Shown piece after piece: positions 55,819 to 63,564 of a stretch of 63,564 bases of DNA. The notes under the pieces are model-generated. The model was not told the DNA's origin. It saw only the letters and a program-made list of their open reading frames with translations, and searched no databases. Numbering within the stretch: position 1 is the stretch's first letter; every line of letters starts with the position of its first letter. Location: NCBI GenBank assembly GCA_030141605.1, contig JAQGDQ010001093.1, positions 1 through 63,564 of the forward strand, written 5' to 3'. Origin of the DNA: Tubiluchus corallicola (taxonomy: Eukaryota; Animalia; Priapulida). Position numbers and translations under genes: made by a program.

Positions 55819-56547
55819 ACATGTGGCGGAAGAGACAAGATTTCAGACCGGAAGTGGCGCCAAATGGTGGATATATCAGCCTTTCCTTGCTGCCATGTTT
55901 CCCTATAGAAGTTGCATCTTTCGTAGGCCTTCCATGAGTGACAAAATTGTCTTTGCAACGTTTTCATTTACAAAATAGCCTACTTGCTATAAGACTGCCA
56001 AAGTAACTGCAAACCTTTTGGCACGACTATTTAAATGCATGGACAATGAAGATGACAATGACAACGCAACAATGTAGCGTTGAACAATGGTTCAATGGTT
56101 GAATAATCATGGCGACGATGCGCCACTAACTGCAGCTGTCGCCGCCAAAAACTCAGCTAGTCGACTCAATGTGGTGCTACTATATTTAATAAAATGAAAT
56201 TTTGTTAAAGTGATAAAATTAGATTTTTCGTCATCTGCGTTGGAATATATTTGCAGGCTGATAATTCTGCATTGTATCATGATGTAAGAGTATATATACA
56301 ACACGGTCAATTATAATTATGTCCTTAATACATGCCTACAAACTTGCTTATAAAACATTTTAACAATTATTTATAATAATTAAGCTCCATAATAACAGAA
56401 TTCATTCACTGGGATTATTTAGATTACACTATTAGGAAAGTATTAAAAATGACAAACTTTTCTACATGCGCGATTTACTTACAAATATGTTAGAACAATG
56501 ACTTTTTATTAAAATTTACGGTAAAACCAGGATAAATTTTGCCTGAG

Positions 56548-56820
56548 TTGTGTGTGTGTGCGTGCGTGAGTGCGTGTGTGTGTGCGTGCGCGCGCGTGTG
56601 TGTGTGTGTGAGCGTGTATGTATGTGTATTAAGCACGTGTATGTGTGCGTGTGAGTGCATGTGCGTGTGCGTGTGTGCATGTGCGTGTGTGTGTGTGTGC
56701 GTGTGCGTGTGTGCATGTGCGTGTGTGTGTGTGCGTGTGCGTGTGTGTGCGTGTGCGTGTGTGTGCGTGCGTGTGTGCGTGCGTGCGTGTGTGCATGTGC
56801 GTGTGTGTGCGTGCGTGCGC
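56548..56820. repeat. (TG/CG)n microsatellite
   Basis: Direct reading. Confidence 0.9.
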
Positions 56821-57066
56821 TAAAATTTATATTGTGTTATGCATTTAACTCTTTACATACCTTTACAAACTGATGAAATAAAATTGTTTCTCGCAAAATT
56901 TACGAGAGCTTTGCTTAATGCTTTTTCGTTTTTCAAAAAAAAAACCCGCAAAATATCCTTCCAGATAAAAACTTATACGTCCTATTTTTCACTGGCAAAC
57001 GGGTGATTCAAATTTGTACAAATTTCGGAAAAGTCATTGAAAAATCATTTTGTATTCGTTGCGTGT

Positions 57067-57264
57067 TTAATGCATATCATTAGCATAATTATGCACTTCG
57101 TCTTCTACTTCCAGGGAGCAGCACTGTTTGCAAAATTTTTGTCTGTTTGTGGTGATTTTGCCTGATTCAATTTCAAGCGTACGAGAGGTCATGCGGAATT
57201 TTGTGAAGACGCTTTTGGGCGTTTGTACTGTTTTTGTATTTAACAGATCATTTCTCATTTCCAA
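57067..57264 (-). mobile_element. Non-LTR retrotransposon ORF2 C-terminal fragment (CCHC zinc-knuckle region)
   Basis: TKFRMTSRTLEIESG...FCKQCCSLEVEDEVH; a similar remnant (KVEDEVHLLL) lies near 61130-61175. Confidence 0.6.
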
Positions 57265-57860
57265 TATTTATATTTATACTCACTCAACTGGATTCCGCCT
57301 CGCCTTCTGTACTGTTCAGCAACACATCTTAGAAAAGATCGTAGTTCAATTCACGCCAAATTTCATCGACAGGTGTCAGCAGCTGTCAGCAGTCGCGCGT
57401 TAGAGGGCAGCTGCTAGAACATGTCGTACTTTGCAAAAACAAAAAAAGGGACTGCTAGAGTTCGAGATTTAATAACCGAGCAAGGATTGTCGTATTATTT
57501 CTTAGTTAGAAAAGGGCAGACTAGACGTATCTAGTGCCTCCCGTGGAGTCTAAATAAGCATTGTCTAGCTTTAATGTTTTATTTCGGCATCATCAGTTAT
57601 ATCTGATAGAATTTCATTTCTTTTTGACTGAGTTATCGTAACAATGATTGCAAGGCAGTAACAATGGCGTAACAATGATTGCAAGGCAGTAACAATGGCG
57701 TAACAATGATTGCAAGGCAATCTTTTAAGAAATGATAAAAGCATTTAATGGATTAAAAGATAAAAAGCTGATCCTTACTTTTTAAGTAAACATGAAAGTT
57801 TTTCGATTTCTTTGCGTTGCCTGATTGGCCTAATTAATTTATTTATTAATGTTAAATTAA

Positions 57861-58405
57861 AGGAAAGCAAATATGCTACCTCTGTTCAAAAATTTTTAGA
57901 TGCGTCGCCAGCTATATGCCAATTCAAAATTATGACGTAACTGGTGGAGTTCATGGCTTTTCGTAAGGGCGTCGTGACATTATGACGTAACAGGTGGACT
58001 TTGTGGCTCTTTGTAAGGGCGTCGCGACATTATGACGTAACTGGTGGACTTCGTGGCTCTTCGTAAGGGCGTCGCGACATTATGACGTAACTGGTGGACT
58101 TCGTGGCTCTTCGTAAGTGCGTCGTGACATTATGACGTAACTGGTGGAATTCGTAGTTCTTCGTAAGGGCGTCGTGACATTATGACTCAACTGGTGGACT
58201 TCATGGCTCTTCGTAAGGACATTTGGTACTGCTTTAACGAATGCAAACTTCTGAAGATTATCTAATGTCCATTTAAAAACATCAGAAAATCTATTTTTTC
58301 TAAACACTTTTGACAGAAAGTGACGATGCGCTGCCTTTCTTCAGCCGATCCACAACGTCAATGATGAAGAATTGGAGTTCAGAATTGGGATGATCGCGAC
58401 TTTTT
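57861..58405 (-). mobile_element. Family B-related TTAA MITE with an internal 49-bp tandem array (57930-58215)
   Basis: TTAA|aggaaag start; ~6 copies of attatgacgtaactggtggacttcgtggctcttcgtaagggcgtcgtgac. Confidence 0.6.
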
Positions 58406-58424
58406 ATCTTAAAACTTGCCATTC

Positions 58425-58865
58425 GCTAGTTAGACGGGCACTAGCACCTGCATTTCGGAAACGCATTGCACAAAAATAGGTGCTGTACCTCTCAGTTCAG
58501 ATGTATTAGTTTGTTACGAACTAAACACGTTCAACAGCTAATGAGTGAGCACAGCGTTAAATTTGAAATTAGAATTTTTATTTTAAAACTTGCCTAGTTT
58601 TAGTGCAACACACTGAATATCTTACAGTACCACTGTACGTCAATTTTCACTTTCACAAACTCGTTCAACACGCTCGTGGAATATTTTTGCTGTTGAAAAT
58701 GATGTTAGTTTGTGACGTAATCAATAGTTGGGCTCGCTCACAGTAAATTACGTTTTTAATCTATTGCTTAATTATCAGAAACGCTTTTGCAGCATTAATT
58801 GTGTTAAAATGTATACTTTTTATCGGACTTGAGAATGGGGTAGTGTACAAAATCATCCTGTCTTA
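58425..58865 (+). mobile_element. Family C MITE, partial (mirror copy at ~62690-63130)
   Basis: Shared core tgcatttcggaaacgcattgcacaaaaataggtgctgtacctctcag. Confidence 0.8.
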
Positions 58866-59390
58866 ATCTTATCTTAGGAGCCTCTATTAAATCTCAACGC
58901 GCACATACAAAGTCGCATATTCAGCGCCCGACTCAAGCAAATTTTAACCGCTGCAGTAGTAGATACAATAATTGTTTATGAAAAAAACAACATATGAAAC
59001 AACATTTCTGATTATAAATGTAAACTCCGAGGTCACGTGACTGTAATACATTTGGGCGTAGTAGTCTGTCTAATAACAACATTTTTTCATTACCAAGTGG
59101 CGACAGTGTAAAGGCTCAGTCACGTGTAAGTCTGTGGAAGGAATTTTTCCAAATACTTGACAGGCGGTCATCGATTAACCTCTAATGACCAGGGGATTTT
59201 TCCTGGAAACGTTCCCTTTTTCGTTTTGGAAAAATATCAGTGAAAATAATGTGAAAGTTTGGCTGGCGTTAAGTGAACCGGAAATCTTCCATTTTCAGTT
59301 TATATCTGCAATAACAATAGCGATAAATACCTCGCGATTATTGCCTGAGAACAATGACAACAAACACAAAAACAACAACAACTGCAACGA

Positions 59391-60125
59391 CAACACATGG
59401 TGAGATGTATGAGTAGTCATAATAACACATGGTGAGATGTATGGGTAGTCATAACAACATATGGTGAGATGTATGGGTTGTCATAACAACACATGGTGAG
59501 CTGTACGAGTAGTCATAACAACACATGGTGAGATGTACGGGTAGTCACAACAACACATGGTGAGATGTACGGGTAGTCACAACAACACATGGTGAGATGT
59601 ATGAGTAGTCATAATAACACATGGTGAGATGTATGGGTAGTCATAACAACATATGGTGAGATGTATGGGTTGTCATAACAACACATGGTGAGCTGTACGA
59701 GTAGTCATAACAACACATGGTGAGATGTACGGGTAGTCATATGCTGTGGTGAGATGTATGGGTAGTCATAACAACATATGGTGAGATGTATGGGTTGTCA
59801 TAACAACACATGGTGAGCTGTACGAGTAGTCATAACAACACATGGTGAGATGTACGGGTAGTCACAACAACACATGGTGAGATGTACGGGTAGTCACAAC
59901 AACACATGGTGAGATGTATGAGTAGTCATAATAACACATGGTGAGATGTATGGGTAGTCATAACAACATATGGTGAGATGTATGGGTTGTCATAACAACA
60001 CATGGTGAGCTGTACGAGTAGTCATAACAACACATGGTGAGATGTACGGGTAGTCACAACAACACATGGTGAGATGTACGGGTAGTCACAACAACACATG
60101 GTGAGATGTATGAGTAGTCATAACA
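59391..60125. repeat. 32-bp minisatellite, ~23 copies
   Basis: Unit caacacatggtgagatgtaYgRgtagtcaYaa. Confidence 0.95.
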
Positions 60126-61592
60126 AAAACCCGAATCAAAATAACGACTACAATATATTATAAAATTTAAATTAGGTTGTGATGATAGAATAATTTAAGC
60201 CTGATTAATAGCAATTAGCGTAGTTGATAACTAATATTTAGATAACTAATATTCAAAATGTAGTAAATTAATAATTATCCGTACACTGTATTCTATTTTG
60301 TGTAAAAAGATACGAATTATGCGTACTTTAATTTAAAATTCTATTCTTAAAGAACTCGAATACAAATTTACAAACCAAAACTACAATTTCGGCATCGTTA
60401 GTTCCGAAAAGAAATATCAATTTCACGAATTTCTTATCGTTTGACATATTATACAAGTCTGGGCACAAGTTATTAATTTTACTGTAAAAGGCAGACCGTA
60501 GCTTTACAGACTAATGTTCTTTGTATTACAAATCGATGTTATAAGTTACAAGTTTATTTATTTCCACTCTGCATCTAACAGTTATAATAAAAATACAGAT
60601 AATTTCACTGAAGAAACATATAAATATAAATGTAATATAATCCAGAAATTACAAAAGAGATTCTTATGCAGCATATAAATGTACAAATCACATTACAGTG
60701 TAATTTTGATGCATACAGTTTGAGCCTAAAAGCATAGCTTGACAGGCCAAACTGTACGTGGAAATCTTAAAGAAATGATTAATAATTGAAATAATAATAA
60801 TAATATATACATAAAAGTGGGGAGGGGGGAGTAGTGAATGAAAGATGAAATGGAGTGAGAACTAAGAAAAACTGTGATCATGATTATAAAGTGTTCAGTA
60901 ACCTGTTGAGCATAGTCACGTTTTATTAAGATTACTGTGGAAAAAGAATGCAGGTTATTACCATTATCAAATTGTGTTACTCTTAATACTTTTGAAATAT
61001 TTCTTTTTTTTAAAGTTGAAAGGGAGTGACTACATTTTGAATTGCGGCTTAGTCTATTTCATAGGACTGGCCCATATAGCTAATGAAATATAGCTAATAA
61101 ATAAAGTAAACTAAAACTATTTATTGTGTATTGCAGTAACAAATGTACTTCGTCTTCTACTTTATCTAGATTGTAATATTGAAGTTTTTGCGCATTTTCC
61201 TGTTTTTGTCGTTATTTTTATTGTTCTTCGCAATCCGATGCTTTCCTCGGTTCGCAAACTTCATAAACGACGACCGAAATACCTAATCTCTAACAATCAG
61301 TGAATCACTCGCTTAAATTTCGTTGACAAATTGCCAAAATACCAGGCCAACCACTGCAGAGTTGAAAGTGCATTGTAATTACAATGTGATGTCCTGTCAT
61401 GTGTTAATAATTTGTTTGTGTCTCCAGTGAGAAATTCCGAGTCGTCACTCAGTCAGGTGTTAATTGGAATTCTAAACGCCCACTAGGCGGAGCAACGTGT
61501 GGTCCACAACCATTATTGCTATATGATAGCAGTTACATAAACCTACTTCATTATGTTGCTCGGCCGTGTCATAATCACTGACCGCTTCGACT

Positions 61593-62190
<598 letters not shown>

Positions 62191-63564
62191 TTGTTGTCAT
62201 TGTTCTCAGGCAATAATCGCGAGGTATTTATCGCTATTGTTATTGCAGATATAAACTGAAAATGGAAGATTTCCGGTTCACTTAACGCCAGCCAAACTTT
62301 CACATTATTTTCACTGATATTTTTCCAAAACGAAAAAGGGAACGTTTCCAGGAAAAATCCCCTGGTCATTAGAGGTTAATCGATGACCGCCTGTCAAGTA
62401 TTTGGAAAAATTCCTTCCACAGACTTACACGTGACTGAGCCTTTACACTGTCGCCACTTGGTAATGAAAAAATGTTGTTATTAGACAGACTACTACGCCC
62501 AAATGTATTACAGTCACGTGACCTCGGAGTTTACATTTATAATCAGAAATGTTGTTTCATATGTTGTTTTTTTCATAAACAATTATTGTATCTACTACTG
62601 CAGCGGTTAAAATTTGCTTGAGTCGGGCGCTGAATATGCGACTTTGTATGTGCGCGTTGAGATTTAATAGAGGCTCCTAAGATAAGATTAAGACAGGATG
62701 ATTTTGTACACTACCCCATTCTCAAGTCCGATAAAAAGTATACATTTTAACACAATTAATGCTGCAAAAGCGTTTCTGATAATTAAACAATAGATTGAAA
62801 TCTTAGTTAACAGTGGGCGAGCCCAACTATTGATGACATCACAAACTAACATCATTTTCAACAGCAAAAATATTCCACGAGCGTGTTGAACGAGTTTGTG
62901 AAAGTGAAAATTGACGTACAGTGGTACTGTAAGATATTCAGTGTGTTGCACTAAAACTAGGCAAGTTTTAAAATAAAAATTCTAATTTCAAATTTAACGC
63001 TGTGCTCACTCATTAGCTGTTGAACGTGTTTAGTTCGTAACAAACTAATACATCTGAACTGAGAGGTACAGCACCTATTTTTGTGCAATGCGTTTCCGAA
63101 ATGCAGGTGCTAGTGCCCGTCTAACTAGCGAATGGCAAGTTTTAAGATAAAAAGTCGCGATCATCCCAATTCTGAACTCCAATTCTTCATCATTGACGTT
63201 GTGGATCGGCTGAAGAAAGGCAGCGCATCGTCACTTTCTGTCAAAAGTGTTTAGAAAAAATAGATTTTCTGATGTTTTTAAATGGACATTAGATAATCTT
63301 CAGAAGTTTGCATTCGTTAAAGCAGTACCAAATGTCCTTACGAAGAGCCATGAAGTCCACCAGTTGAGTCATAATGTCACGACGCCCTTACGAAGAACTA
63401 CGAATTCCACCAGTTACGTCATAATGTCACGACGCACTTACGAAGAGCCACGAAGTCCACCAGTTACGTCATAATGTCGCGACGCCCTTACGAAGAGCCA
63501 CGAAGTCCACCAGTTACGTCATAATGTCGCGACGCCCTTACAAAGAGCCACAAAGTCCACCTGT

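Overview
Repeat-rich, AT-rich eukaryotic DNA, most likely an invertebrate animal (species not determinable). Protein-coding content: (i) two in-phase exons of a Kelch-repeat gene on + (579-779, 1772-1992; possible last exon 4101-4237); (ii) the first two coding exons of a Dbx-type homeobox gene on - (14749-15193, 9525-9623), with no homeobox exon that I could find; (iii) a complete two-exon, 200-aa LHFPL7/TMEM211-like gene on + (48843-49215, 55589-55818). An intron-containing tRNA-Tyr(GTA) lies antisense in Dbx intron 1. The rest is micro/minisatellites and non-autonomous mobile elements: several TTAA-flanked Kolobok/T2-like and piggyBac-like MITE families, hAT MITEs with 8-bp TSDs, LINE 3' ends, a SINE, and a Penelope fragment with a hammerhead-ribozyme motif. 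The most unusual structures are two fold-back inverted duplications. One puts an antisense copy of a Kelch exon in the next intron; the other has >=1.4 kb arms that differ only in a 52-bp patch. They could be real rearrangements or amplification/assembly chimeras. Also notable: a tandem array of CTCF-like motifs upstream of LHFPL7, and CRE palindromes shared across MITE families. All alignments were done by eye; nearly all long ORFs in the ORF track are satellite artefacts.
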